64,000 nt of DNA from Octopus vulgaris (taxonomy: Eukaryota), in assembly GCA_951406725.2 (NCBI GenBank), contig OX597827.1:21204001-21268000 (forward strand). Direction: 5' to 3'. The position numbers and the translations under genes were made by a program. A model generated the notes under the pieces. It did not search any database. It was not told where the DNA came from and saw only the letters and a program-made list of their open reading frames with translations. Shown here piece after piece: positions 12,340 to 25,492 of the stretch (the first letter of the stretch is position 1; each line of letters begins with the position of its first letter).

Positions 12340-13000
12340 AATAACAACACTGAACGAATGTCCTTATCTTAGTTGTTACCGACACGATGTCTTTGGTTGT
12401 TCCGCTTATGTGTTCAGTAACGTTCCCAAAACTTTGATCCACGGAGGCGACTATTGCCATTTTGTCGTCCATAACAAGAATATTGTTCCTATTAGTAACT
12501 CTTCTAGTTTGGGTGTTGCTTGCTCGTTCTGCTTTTACCTAAATATATACTGATTCACCCAAGAATTGAACTCGAGACTACGACCTAAACAACTACGCTA
12601 AACACTTCATCAACGCTTATATCCGCCATCCCAATGTCCATCCCCGTCTCTCTAAATTTTTGATATCCTTGAGGAATTCATTTACTCTTGCATCAAATTT
12701 ATGATCTTGTATGAAATTTTCATTTCGAACGCATTCACCTTTCTATTTCCTGCAAATTCTATCCTCGGCCTGTCTTCATTACTCCATCAGTTGTTTCGTC
12801 CCACAAGAAATATTCTTGAAGTGGGTCGTTCTTCGAAATACTTATTCTTGCATTTATTTTCTAGGATCTTTTGCCTTAAATACTTATTCAGTATCGAGAA
12901 TAATTTTACATCGAGAATAATTTTACTATGACACCCGTCTTGAGATAAGAATAACAGTAAAAAATTACCGGCGAAGGGTACAGAATAGGGAAGCAACAAT
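12340..13000 (-). mobile_element. Highly degraded L1/Tx1-like ORF2 remnant (tentative)
   Basis: KMAIVASVDQSFGNV resembles the RT motif SLDQxKAFDxV, and EERPTSRIF resembles the L1 linker EKPTxxF. Similarity is weak. Confidence 0.35.
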
Positions 13001-14098
13001 GTAAATAGTTGAATTTGGGGGTCAAAAAATTCTTTCACCGAAAAAAACAACCACCCAAATCCTTGTGGTAAGTGGTAGCTATTCCGAAAGTCTGTCGATC
13101 AGAGAAGACAGCAGTCTCGTGAAACGGGTGGAAGAGTAACAATTTACCCTGTATCGAAATATTTTTAATGTCAAAAAATGTTAATGTGAATAAACAAAGA
13201 GACGGAAAGAGAGGAGAAAATTTGTTGCAACTAACAGAGCGTGTCCAGTGTTAATGAAAGAGACGGCGGTAACAACAATTGAAGGAGATATTATTGATAT
13301 GGGAATGGTGTTTCACTTTCAGGGGGATCCCCGAAATGATAATAAAAAGAGAGAGAGAGAAACACCTACAGCTGAATTGGACAAAGTCTGTGAGTACGGA
13401 AGATGAGAGAAGAAAAATAGCAGCTAAATGGGGGGAAATGGAATAAGAGAAACCTATATCAAGGAAACTGAGTGGCGATCGACTTGCAGAATAGATGAAG
13501 CAAAAATTAACTTTAAAACAAGACACTTGGTTCTTGACATCATTCCAACAGGCGCACATGGATTGATGGATGTGCAGACATAAAAAATATGTCAATAGTT
13601 TAATAGTGAGGTCATAATATTATTTACCTTTCCGTCCGTACTTGATCCATTCAGAAATATGATGATCCTTTTCATGTTTCTACACCAGTTTATTTTATCA
13701 TTGAAACGTCGATGAATAATTGAACATTGTCAGTTTGTGTCTCTTTTCGATTTTTTGCTCCGCTTCTGTCTCTAACATATTTTCACAGTAAACATGTGTG
13801 TATATCTATTGTATTCCTCTGCGTGGATTTGTGTCTTTTACTTCATTTTAAATACTTCCTCTTTCTATAGAAGTCCATTACTATACCAATTACATCTATT
13901 TAAATATATATATATCTTTATACATAAATATGTGTGTTGTGTTTGATGGTTTATAAAGAAAGGAAGACATGAAGAGTTCCAGGCTCGGCCAGCTGAAGGT
14001 CGCTCCTCACCTTGCTAGTATTAACTTCATAAAGGCTATCACACATACATAAAAAAAAAACCAGCATACATACACACACATATATACACACACATACA

Positions 14099-14154
<56 letters not shown>

Positions 14155-15009
14155 TCTTTTGGAATTTTGTTTTATGAATGTTATTGTTTCGCCTTTGTTT
14201 TATCAGATAAAAGAATATAAGTATATACAATTTCGAATAGACACTTTTATTCTTGTTTAGATACTAATAAATAAATGTATAAATTTATATGAATGAATGA
14301 ATGAAAACATTTTTAAGTAAACATTACGAGATGTTTTTTTCTAATGACGTAAGGGATAAACGGTGTCGCCGGTGGGTGCCACCTCCCACCGATCTTGTCA
14401 AACGTCAAAACTATTTACTTCTGACATCTTCCACCATATTTTCACAGTATGTGTATACTCTTTTTAATACGATATCGGTAGTGCTCTATTTTCAGAGTAG
14501 ATTAAAATTAAATTTGCTTGTCATGAACTTTCTATTTACATCCATTTTCCCTGTACCATTATAAAATTAATGGCAATTTTGTTGTGTGTAAATACGTAGA
14601 CCAAAGGAGCGCACTAATTATGGAAACGTAATTGCTACAGAACACCTGACCACTTACGGCGAGACGAACCCTAACTCGAGGATGGTGTTTAGAGGCTGAG
14701 ATGCCATATACTCTACCTAGCATACGTCATATATCTTGCTGGCTATCACCTTACAGCTGTTCAATCCTCTGAACACCACCACACCATGTTGCTCACTTCG
14801 CCTTCATTCCTCCCCTTGGCCTGTGTGTAAGAGGCAGGATTGGACCATCTTCATGCTTTTGTCCTTCCTTCTTTCCAGTGCATCTCTCTTACCCTCTTTG
14901 TCTACCTCTACCCCAGGTCGTTACACTATCTCACTCCTTTAGGGGTCACTTCTATTGCCATCCATCACCTAATCTTTATCTTATCCTATCGGTCACACTT
15001 TCATCACAG

Positions 15010-15967
15010 TTACGCTTTGTCAGTCATGCATACTGATGTTGCAAATTGAATGGAGCCCACTGCCTTCATTTGTTGCCAGCCTATGCATGTCCTCCGCAGT
15101 CAGAGTCCATGACTCACTACCATGTAACAAAGCTCTTCTCACACAAGCATCGTACAACCTACCTTTCACTCTCAGCATCCACCACTGTTACTAATTTCTC
15201 TCTGAGCATCCACCACAGTTACTAATTTGTCCACCTAAATAGCAGAAACTATCTACAAGAGAGCCTCTTGGGCATTTTAGAGAGTTTAAGTCCCTCATGC
15301 TCTTAGTACTTCCTGTTCCTGCTACACTCAAAAGCAATTATCTGATGACCTTCCCATAATTCCACTGCATCTCTTACGCATCCATAGGTTACACTTGGTG
15401 CAGCAAATGGAATTACATCTCACTCCTTTCCTACATATTGAACAGGGCAATTTACCAACCAAAACAAGAATCTTATCTCCTTTCTCGCTAACAACAACTT
15501 TAGTCTTAGCTAAGTTAACTTTAAGGCCCTTTGATTTCAGATTTTCCTTCCAAACGTGGAACTTCTTCACCAATTCTGCTCCAGATTCTGCAATAAGAGC
15601 AAAATCATCAGTATATAGTAGTTCCCATCAGCATCCAGTTTTCAATTCCTCTGTTATGGCCTGGAGAACTGTGATGAATAAGAGGGGGACTAACAACTGA
15701 TCCCTCATGTGCTCCAACTTGTATGTTAAATTCATCACTGTACATGGCTTGGACAGCTTCAACAAGCCAGTCCTCTACTCCTAATTTCCTTAGAGACCAC
15801 CAAATAAGAGAGTGGGGAAACCCTGTTGAAAGCTTCTCCAGGTCGAACAAATTAAGTACAATGGCTTACTTTTGGCCGAATACTTTTTTTGCAACTGTCT
15901 CGCTAAGAAGATAATATCTGTAGTACTTCTCCCAGGAACAAAACCAAACTGCGTCTCATCTACTTTA
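15010..15967 (-). mobile_element. RTE LINE ORF2 fragment
   Basis: VDETQFGFVPGRSTTDIIFL, DLEK, WKENLKSKGLKVNLAKTK and CSICRKG motifs. Confidence 0.88.
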
Positions 15968-17065
15968 ATTCTATGGACGCAAAAGAGGTGCAGAAATATC
16001 AAAGGATAGCTAACTGGGAAGATAGTTTTTGTGTGTGGCAAATCCTCAGGAGCAATGAACACTGAAAATGTGCAGAAAACAGCTTCTGTCACATGCCAGG
16101 GGGAAAAACTAGAGGCAATTGATAGCTTCTCTTACCTAGATGACCAAGTCAGTAGCAGGGTGGATGCTCTGAGAGTGTAGCTGCTAGAATAAGAATAGCC
16201 TGGGCAAAGTTCAGAAAGCTCCTACCTCTGCCGAAGACAAAGGGCCTCTCGCTCAGAGAGAAAGCTTGACTGTATGACGCATGTGTGTGAACAGCCATGC
16301 TACATGGCAGTGAAACATGGGCTGTGACTTCTGAGGACATGCATAAGCTTGCAAGAAATGAAGCCAGTATGCTCCACTGGATATGTTATGTCAGTATGCA
16401 TGCATGACAGTGTAAGCACCCTGAGAGAAAAACTGGACATAAGAAGCATCAGATGTCGTGTGTAAGAGAGACGACTGTGCTGGTATGGTCATGTGTTGCA
16501 TATGGATGAGGACAGCTGCATGAAAAAGTGTCACACCCTAGCAGTAGAGGGAACCTGTGGAAGAAGTAGACCCAGAAAGACCTGGAATAAGGTGAAGCAC
16601 AACATTCAAACACTGAGCCTCACGGAGGCGATGATGAGTCACCGAGTCCTTTAGAGATATGGTGTGCCTGAGAAGACCTAGCAAGCTAAATGTGACAGTA
16701 ACCGTAGCATATGCTATTGTGTTGGCTGATGCCTGTACTACCTGACTGGCACCCTTGCCAGTGGCACGTAAAAAGCTCCATTTGAATGTGGTCGATGCCA
16801 GTACTGGTGGCATGTAAAAAGCAACATTCAAGCATGGTTGATGCCAGTACCACCTGACTGGCCCACATGCCGGTGGCACATAAAAAGCACCCACTACACT
16901 CTCAGAGTGGTTGGCATTAGAAAGGACATGCAGCTGTAGAAACCTTGCTAGATCAGATTGGAGCCTGGTGCAGCCTTCTAGCTTGCCAGCTCTGGTCAAA
17001 CCATCCAACCCATGCCAGCATGGAAAGCAGATGTTAAACGACAACAATGATGATGAAGAAGATGA
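15968..17065 (+). mobile_element. RTE LINE 3' portion, back-to-back with the preceding fragment
   Basis: YLDDQVS, RIRIAWAKFRKLLPL, MLHGSETWA and GRPRKTW-like motifs, followed by a 3' UTR and (GAT)n tail. Confidence 0.88.
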
Positions 17066-17119
17066 TGAGATATAATTCAATAATTCTATTAGTTGAGAAA
17101 TAACTCTCCCTCTAATATA

Positions 17120-17312
17120 TATATAGGGAGAGTTTACGGAAAAAACAAAAGACGAAGACAGATGGTGTACAAAACAAACAGATGTATTAGTTTAACATGC
17201 TCAGGAATAGAAAAAGTCTTTTATGTTTCGAGCCTATGCTCTTCTACAGAAAGGGACACAGAAAAACAAGGAGAGAAAAAAAAATGTGTGTAGTGGCTAA
17301 CGATTAATCATG
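17120..17312 (-). mobile_element. Penelope-like terminal repeat (family P2) with variant hammerhead at 17218-17253
   Basis: Repeated at 30622-30755, 31225-31350 (plus strand), 53990-54152 and 56898-56978. The copies sit next to TA-rich microsatellites. Confidence 0.7.
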
Positions 17313-17314
17313 GC

Positions 17315-17352
<38 letters not shown>

Positions 17353-17357
<5 letters not shown>

Positions 17358-17622
17358 GAAAAAAACCACCTTTTATCAATTCAAAATGAACAATTAAATT
17401 ACACCATCCAGAAAATTACATATAATAGAAATATTAACATTAAAATAACGATAAAATGTCAAAGATTAAGTAAATTGCAAAAAACTATAATAATAATAAC
17501 TTATATAAATTGTAGAATAACGACACGTGTTTCATGGCTATATTTCTATTATATGTAATTTTCTGGATGGTGTAATTTAATTGTTCCTTTTGAATTGATA
17601 AAAGGTGGGTTTTTTTCTAATT
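17353..17622. repeat. Long inverted repeat, ~82-bp arms and ~105-bp spacer
   Basis: 17353-17434 is the near-perfect reverse complement of 17540-17622. Confidence 0.85.
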
Positions 17623-17737
17623 TTTTATATATATATTATATTGTGTGAAATTTGATTTAGTACTTCTAAATTGAATTTTTTTTCCTTGTAAGTTTTGGAT
17701 TTTATTCCCTCAAATATTAATAATTATATATATATAT

Positions 17738-18131
17738 AGGCGCAGGAGTGGCTGTGTGGTAAGTAGCTTGCTAACTAACCATATGGTTCCGGGTTCAGTC
17801 CCACTGCGTGACATCTTGGGTAAGTGTCTTCTGCTATAGCCCCGGGCCGACCAATGCCTTGTGAGTGGATTTGGTAGACGGAAACTGAAAGAAGCCTGTC
17901 GTATATATATATGTGTGTGTGTTTGTGTATGTGTGTTTGTCCCCCTAGCATTGCTTGACAACCGATGCTGGTGTGTTTACGTCCCCGTCACTTAGCGGTT
18001 CGGCAAAAGAGACCGATAGAATAAGTACTGGGCTTACAAAGAATAAGTCTCGGGGTTGATTTGCTCGACTAAAGGCGGTGCTCCAGCATGGCCGCAGTCA
18101 AATGACTGAAACAAGTAAAAGAGTAAAGAGT
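17738..18131 (+). mobile_element. Full-length SINE family B
   Basis: Runs from GGCGCAGGAGTGGCTGTGTGGTAAG (A-box-like) through GGTTCAGTCCC (B-box-like) to the AAAGAGT tail repeats. Confidence 0.9.
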
Positions 18132-18134
18132 ATA

Positions 18135-18830
18135 TAGGCGTATGAAAGGTATTAGTGTCAGGAAGACCCAAAGGCTATTGGGTAAATGCTAAGTGCTATG
18201 GATAGACCATGGTTAAGCTCCAGCCTCGATAATGATACAAGTGAGGAGTCCAACGTGGGTCATGTATTAGTTTGAAGTGTGGAGGTGTAGGGTGGTGTGG
18301 TTCAGTTCAGTCGTCCACTTGTAATTTCCCCATAAGTTTGCAGTGGTTGGTTGCTGTTGATGTCATTTAGGGCAGATGTTGGTGCCCTTTTGTAGGATTT
18401 GTAGAGTTCCTTCTTCATGAAATTATTGTATTCCTCGATGGTAATGGAATATATATTTCCTGTTTTATCCAAGAAGACGGGTAATTTAGGGGATGCAATG
18501 ATTTGTTTTATGGTGTGTGGAAGTATTTTTTTTTTTGAAAATATTTGGAGATTTTAATGTTTCTAATCAAATGAAACATATCTGCTTCGAATTTTTCCAG
18601 ATGGGGGTTGTGGGGAGAATGTTTATATGATTTGAGGTGTTAGTATTATTGTCATGGAAGAAAGCTTTCCATCACATTCTTCGGATGAGGTCCTTAGTTT
18701 TAGTGAGGAGGAGTAAGAGGAAAGTCTTTTGTGAAGGAATAGGTATATCCTTAAGAGAAATGCCAAGGAATTGTTTATCCATTATGGAAGCATTACCTGA
18801 GATAAGTGCTTATAATAACGAGAAACCAAG
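18135..18830 (-). mobile_element. Penelope-like element ORF remnant (N-terminal, pre-RT region)
   Basis: Reverse translation KLPVFLDKTGNIYSITIEEYNNFMKKELYKSYK resembles the PLE DKG/DKT-N-x-Y motif. Confidence 0.6.
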
Positions 18831-19145
18831 GGTATGAAAGGTATTGGTGTCGGGACTCTTGCAAATAGTACAATTAACAACAACAATAATAGTAATAATT
18901 ACTAATAGTTTGTACCTTTCTACCCCATTCTCTAACCTTTCCTTTGATAATATTACCTTCTCCATTCCTGAAAACAATCTCCAAAATACACCCATTTATA
19001 ACTGCCGTCCCGGGGCCCTCTGCCCTTAAAAACCCATTGTAGATCCCAACCAATGAAGGAACACACACCTTGGGCAGACTCATGTGTGTGTGTGAGACCT
19101 TAATTTGCCTTCACATAGCTGTGTGGTATCGTTATCTTCACTGGG

Positions 19146-19362
19146 AAGGCGGTGAGCTGGCAGAAACGTTAGCATGCCGGGCGTAATGCATAGCCGCATT
19201 TCGTCTGCCGTTACGTTGTGAGTTCAAATTCCACCGAGGTTGACTTTGCCTTTCATCCTTTCAGGGTCGATAAATTAAGTACCAGTTATGCACTGGGGTC
19301 GATGTAATTGACTTAATCCCTTTGTCTGTCCCCTCTATGTTTAGCCCCTTGTGGGCAATAAA
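19146..19362 (+). mobile_element. SINE family A
   Basis: GGCGGTGAGCTGGCAGAAACGTTAGC...GAGTTCAAATTCC...GCCTTTCATCCTTTCAGGGTCGATAAATTAAGTACCAG. Confidence 0.85.
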
Positions 19363-20304
19363 GATATATATCTTCTCTGGGGTTAATCAGGTCAGACATT
19401 TGTTTTTCACCGCAACGCCCGCGTTATAGAACATGTTCAACCACTGTGAAAAATAGGGAGATTGTAGCAAAATCCTTACAAACTTTGCAGCTTATAGAAT
19501 GAATAATAGGTATGAATATATACTAATAACGATGAGCAACTTTGCATGAGTTGAGTTGAATAAAGAGAAAAAAGTTAAAGGCAAAAATGCTTGAAAAGTT
19601 TTAGTCGTTGCTTCACATCTTTACCACAATTGAACAAATATAAGCTCTTATTGTACTTAATGCTTGGGAAAATTTTATTGAATTTAAACCTGAGACACTC
19701 TTTTGGTATTCCTGAGTCATTTGCTTCCAAGAAAATCTACATGGACAAATTGTTTACAGTAGTAATGCCAGATATAAGGTTCATTAGTAAATTTTTAGTT
19801 GAAAAATAGGGCTTTGTGCAAAGAAATGGTATACAATGCTTCAAAGATATTGTTTCATCATGGAATATGGAAGACATTCACATTGGCAGTTTAGTTGTGG
19901 CACAAAGGCCATTATTGACGGAAAATGTGCCAATAATTGTTCCAAAAAAGCATGTTTTTTTTTGCCATTTTCCATTGACAAATAGGGTTTTGTGCATCAC
20001 AAATGCACTCATAACACTCCTTGTACACTGCTGCATTTTTTGACACCGAAAACATTAAAATTGGCAGCAGAGATTAGAAGTGAATCAAAATATTGCATGA
20101 AAATGACCTCAAAATTGTACAACCTGACCTTGTTTTCACACTTATTTTTGTGGTAAAAAAGAGTTATTGTGCAAAAAAAAGATTATTGAATGTTTTGATA
20201 CTCCATACGTCAAAATTGGCAACTCTGTTTTCAAATCCATAAGGAACATACACATCACACACAGACACACACACAAAAACTCTGTTTTATATATATATAT
20301 ATAT

Positions 20305-20705
20305 ATTTTATTCTTTTATTTGTTTCAGTCATCTTGACTGTGGCCATGATGAAGCATGCCTTTAGTCGAACAAACTGACTCCAGGACTTATTCTTTGTAA
20401 GCCAAGTACTTATTCTATCAGTCTCCTAGCCAAGCTGCTAAGTTACAGAGATGTAAATACACCAACATCAGTTGTCAAGTGATGGTGGTGGGGCACAAAT
20501 ACACACACAAACACACACACACACACACACACACACATATCTATATGACAGGCTTCTTTCAGTTTCCGTCTACCAAATCCACTTACAAGGCTTTGGTCGG
20601 CCCAAGGCTATAGTAGGACACACTTGCCCAAGTTTCATGCAGTGAGACTGAACTCAGAACCATGTGGTTGGTAAGCAAGCTACTTACCACACACCCACTC
20701 CTGCA
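20305..20705 (-). mobile_element. SINE family B
   Basis: Reverse complement of the 17738-18131 consensus. Confidence 0.85.
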
Positions 20706-20777
20706 CCACATTTATATATATATGTGCAGATGTTAAATGATGATGATGAGAATATACATATATATACACACATTTAA

Positions 20778-20827
<50 letters not shown>

Positions 20828-21077
20828 TTATATCATCATCATCATCGTTTAATGTCGATGATGATGATGATATATATATATATATATATTTGACGTCTAT
20901 GTTTAGCATATTAGGTGTCCACTTTAGTGGTCATTCCTCTCAATTTTGTGTATATATATATATATAGCACCATTACCGACCAGGCTATCAGATGTTGCTA
21001 CACATCGATGATCACAATGCGCTTCGCATTGTTTTAGCCTTCAAATGACGCCACCCTGCTGGCTAAGCGAGCAGGCC

Positions 21078-21108
<31 letters not shown>

Positions 21109-21146
21109 TATCTATACATACATATATATACATACATACACACATA

Positions 21147-23130
21147 GTCAATCCAAACAAGAACAAGCAAGAAAAAAACAACAATGCAAGGATGTGGAAC
21201 AAGTACTGTGTTATTGGATGCTCAGGAGAGGAAAGAAAAGAAAGAGGATTTCACGTTTCGAGCGGAGCTCTTCATCAGGAACATAGAAAAAGTCCAAAGA
21301 AGGGAAGACGGAGAAAGAAAATCGCCAATGATACACACGCGGTCACATATTGAAATGACCAGAAGGGAATGGGTTAAGAAAATTTTTTCTAAGACAGGAG
21401 AGTGCAAGAGAAGGCAGTATGTGTGGGCATGTGCATGCACACAGGTCTCTGTGTGTGTGTGTAATGATAGCATGTGTATGTGTGTGGTTGTAGCTGTTTA
21501 TGCATGTGTGTTGTTATACTTTGTATCGCTTAATGTCGTAGGAAGAATTTATAGTAAGAATAATGGTAGAAGTGGCTGTCTGTTGTGTGTCTCCCTTAAT
21601 GCATATGTATATAGATAGATAGATAGATAGACAAATAGATAGATAGATACATACATACATAGATATTGTCAGTAGTCATATAATCTACTAAAAGAAGCAC
21701 ACTCTGAAGTATTAGAGCAGTGATATATTTTTTAAAGGGAGTTAAAAGTTTCGGCCAGTCATATAAAGCACTTAGCAGTTTAGGCGACCCCTCAGACTCA
21801 AATGGCTGAAGGTGCATAACCTCTCTACAACTAGAGGAAAAATACATAATGGTCTGTTGGTTTCTAAACAATATATAAATGTCCATGATGCAGGGGGGAT
21901 GGGGTTGTCCTCCTTACATTGGCTCTGGCCATGGTGATATTCAAAGGAGCTGTGGTGGGCCTATTCAACAAATGGGAAATTGCAAGTTTGTAGTAGGAAA
22001 CATTTTAGATGAGAGCATTGACTGAATACTTCCTTCCTGCAGTTTAAAAGGGTCCCCAAGTTAAGTGAATTTTTTTAAGATTCTTGCCCTCGCTGCCAAA
22101 CAAAGCTTATGTCATTTGCTCCCATTTATATAAGTCCCCAGTTGTTCAAGGATTTTTCATTTAATTATACTTAGGGTTCCTTTCTCTTTTAAGCATCATT
22201 CATAACTGGCAAGAGATGTGATGTTGCAACTTTCCAGTATCCTGAAAGTAGATTTGTGGTAGTTCAGACGTTGCTTAAATGAGTGTACGGTTGAACTGAC
22301 ATATTTTTGTGTCTGTGTATTGGATCTGCTACCACCCCTGATGTTTCTTTCATTAAATCTGTGTCTGATGTTGTTGCTGCTGGAATCACTGCTGGTGCTG
22401 ATATTCCTGGACACAGTTCTGGTGGTTCTGTTGCTGCTGGCATAGCAGCTAATTCCTGCCGCAAAGTTGGTGTTGCTGTTGCTGCCATTGTAACTGTTAG
22501 TATTGTTGTCTCTGCTGCTTGATGTGCCGCTATCGTTGTTGTCGTTGGTGGAGGTATCGTTACTGCTGAGACTGTTACTTGGATGCCAGTGGTGGCTACC
22601 ACCTCAGCCTCATACACAACTTCCTTGGCTTCACTTCAACCCTATCTACCCCCCCACCACCACCACCAATGGTCATTGCATACCCTACATGAGCATCCTG
22701 CCTTTGGTCATGGCTTAGGGGTACTCACTAAAATTTTCTTAATGTTGGTGTGCAACTGAAGAATACCCTTAAGTTATGCTTATTAAACAAATGTCCATAT
22801 CTATGTGACTGTGCGAAGTGTCTGTCTCAATCCAAGGAATGTTCTTCCTACACAGGTTTTAACATTGAGAGAAAAGGGTGGGACAAACTAAACATTACAC
22901 TGATGCTTCTTTTTGCAAGCACTATGGCTCAACATATAGGAGATGTGGTCCTTAAATCCACTGGACACCAGAGCCACAGTTTTGAAAACTCTTGACTTGA
23001 GGACAGGTTTGAGATTCTCTAGCTGTTATCCTTCACTAGGTTCCTGAATACAATAGACTGGTGGCAGGAGGCTGTGTTAAAGTAGGACATCCTCTTGTCT
23101 TGTTTCTCTATTGGCAAGAAATCTTGAAAT
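21147..23130 (-). mobile_element. Penelope-like element remnant: RT C-terminus, GIY-YIG endonuclease and hammerhead-bearing terminal repeat
   Basis: NVKTCVGRTFLG (post-RT linker), KEVVYEAEV (GIY half), KYVSSTVHSFKQRLNYHKSTF (YIG half plus conserved Arg). Terminal repeat at 21147-21352 with CUGAUGA/GAAA at 21248-21282. Confidence 0.75.
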
Positions 23131-23224
23131 AAAACTGAACAATGACATACATACATACATGCATGTGTGCGTACGTACATACACACGCATGTACACATAC
23201 ATACATATATTCATAGAAACAATA

Positions 23225-23750
23225 CTTTCAGAGCATCCTCCACCATTGAATAGGGTGGAGGAAGTTCAGAGAGCTATTACCTCTGTTGGCAACAAAAGGA
23301 CTCTCTCTCTCAGAATGAAAAGTAGACTATATGATGCTTGTGTACAAATGTCTATACTCCATGGTAATGAGACATGGGCTCTGAATGCAGAAGACATGCA
23401 TAGACTGGAGAGAAATGAAGGTAGTATGCTCCATTTGATGTGCACATGTACAGCAAAGTGCAAATGTATTGAGAGAAAAGTTGGGCATAAGAGGAATCAA
23501 ATGTAGCAAGCAAGAGAGAAGACGACATTGGTTTGGACATGTGATGTGTATGAATGGGGACAGCTGCATAAAGAAGTGCTGATCACTGAAAGTGGATGGT
23601 ACCCATGGAAGAGGGACGCCCAGTAGGACATGGAATGAAGTGGTAAGGGCCAATCACAGGATGTTGGGCCTCATGGAGGAAATGACAATGAACTGAAATG
23701 TTTGGCAACATGAGATTCCTGAGAAGACCCACCTGCATCAGTGAAACTGA
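23225..23750 (+). mobile_element. RTE LINE C-terminal fragment
   Basis: LSLRMKSRLYDACVQMSILHGNETWALNAEDMHRLERNE. Confidence 0.85.
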
Positions 23751-24639
23751 GTTCTAGAAGCACTGTGTGTCCCACCCACACTTAGCAAGAAAACTTCTCA
23801 CACACCCTACCACAAAAAACCAAACTGCATCTCTTCTCTTCCTCGCATTTCCACTTCATGCACTATGCTTACCTCACTCTCCTCAATCCTGTCCTCTTCA
23901 CTCTGTTTCACTGTATCATTGATACCTGCTAGCCCTGATCTGTGTGTCCCACCTACACACTCTGTCTCACTGTATCAATGATATCTGCTAGCTTTGGCAA
24001 GGTTAGGGAACCTGTATGCTCTACCCACACGTAACAAGGAAACTTTTCACACACCCTACCCCAACAAACCAATCTACATCTCTTCTCTTCTTCACATTTC
24101 CTCCTTCTTACACTATGCCTACCTCTCACTCTCCAATCTTGTCCTCATGGCTCTGTTTCTCTGTATCATTCTCTGTATCCATCTATATACACCCAGGTGT
24201 TCACCACTCCACACTCTCCAATCATGCTTCTTACACAATATCCTGCCACTTATATTATGACATTTGAACCTCAAGGGTATGCTCTGGCTCTTTACACCTT
24301 CTATATCTCTCTCTCTTCCTTTACTCAATCACACCATTTATATTCTGATCCCCCGTTCCTTGTGAGTATGCCTGGCACTTTTCCACCATCTCTATCCTGC
24401 TGTATTCCACTCTCTCTCTCTCACTCTTTCTCTTGAACCTCCCTCAGGTTGGGTAACCATGTATCTTTTTTGCAGCAGCACACTTGTTTCTGTCCTCAAT
24501 CCTGATCTTTCTCTCTCTCTGGCTGGGTAACCTTGTACCTCCTCTGTAGCAAGACACCTGTATCTGTCTCTCTATCTCACTATAACCTTTCATCATCCGA
24601 CCCAAGATCAACTCTTCCAATGTCCCCTCCTCTCTCAAA

Positions 24640-24975
24640 AGATTTTTGTCTTGCAAGGTACTTGGTGACCTTGTCAGTGCAGGTGCCACTTAAAAAGCAT
24701 CCAGTCACACTGTAGAGTGGTTGGCGTTTGGAAGGGCATCCAGCTGTAAAAACCTTGCCAAAACTGACCTCGCATGTACTTGGGCCATGTAAAAAGCACT
24801 AAGTCCACTCTGCCAAATGGTTGGTGTTAGAAAGGGTATCTAGCTGCAAAAAATCCTGCCAAAACAGTTACAGGTGTCTGGTGCAGGTTTCTGGCTGATC
24901 AGCTCCTGTCAAACCGTCCCAACCATACCAGCTTGAAAGGCGGACGTTAAACGACGACGACGACGATGATGATAC
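24640..24975 (+). mobile_element. RTE 3'-end fragment
   Basis: Duplicated TGGTTGGYGTT.GAAGGG module and a GAC/GAT tail. Confidence 0.7.
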
Positions 24976-25064
24976 ATCCATACATTTAAAATATAGAATG
25001 TATGAATGATTTAGGTTGAACTGCACTCGCATCAGTTATCCGAGTTTTCGATGCTAGCTTCAGT

Positions 25065-25492
25065 AATAAGGCGACAAGCTGACATGATTGTTAACGAGGG
25101 AAATGCTTAGCGGCATTTTGACTGTCTTTGCGTTTTGAGTTGAAATTCTAGTGAGGTCAGCTTTGCCTTTTCACTTGTCGGGGATCAATAAAATAAGTAC
25201 AAGTTAAAATAAGCACAGGAGTCGCAGTAATCGACTTAAACGAAATTGTTGGCCTTTGAAACCAATATTAACTCTAATATCAGGCGGCAAACTGACAGAA
25301 TTGTTTGTATGACGGGCAAAATGCTTAACAGTCTTTTACGTCTTGAGTGCAAATTCTGCTGAGATTGACTTTGCCTTTCATCCTTTCGAGGTTGATAAAA
25401 TAAGTACCAGTTGTGCATTGAGATCGATGTAACCGACTTACCCACCTCCTCTGAAATTGCTGGCCTTTTGCCAGCATTTGAAACCAATATTA
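25065..25492 (+). mobile_element. Two tandem degraded SINE family A copies
   Basis: Each has the CTTTGCCTTT...ATAAAATAAGTAC core. Confidence 0.7.
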
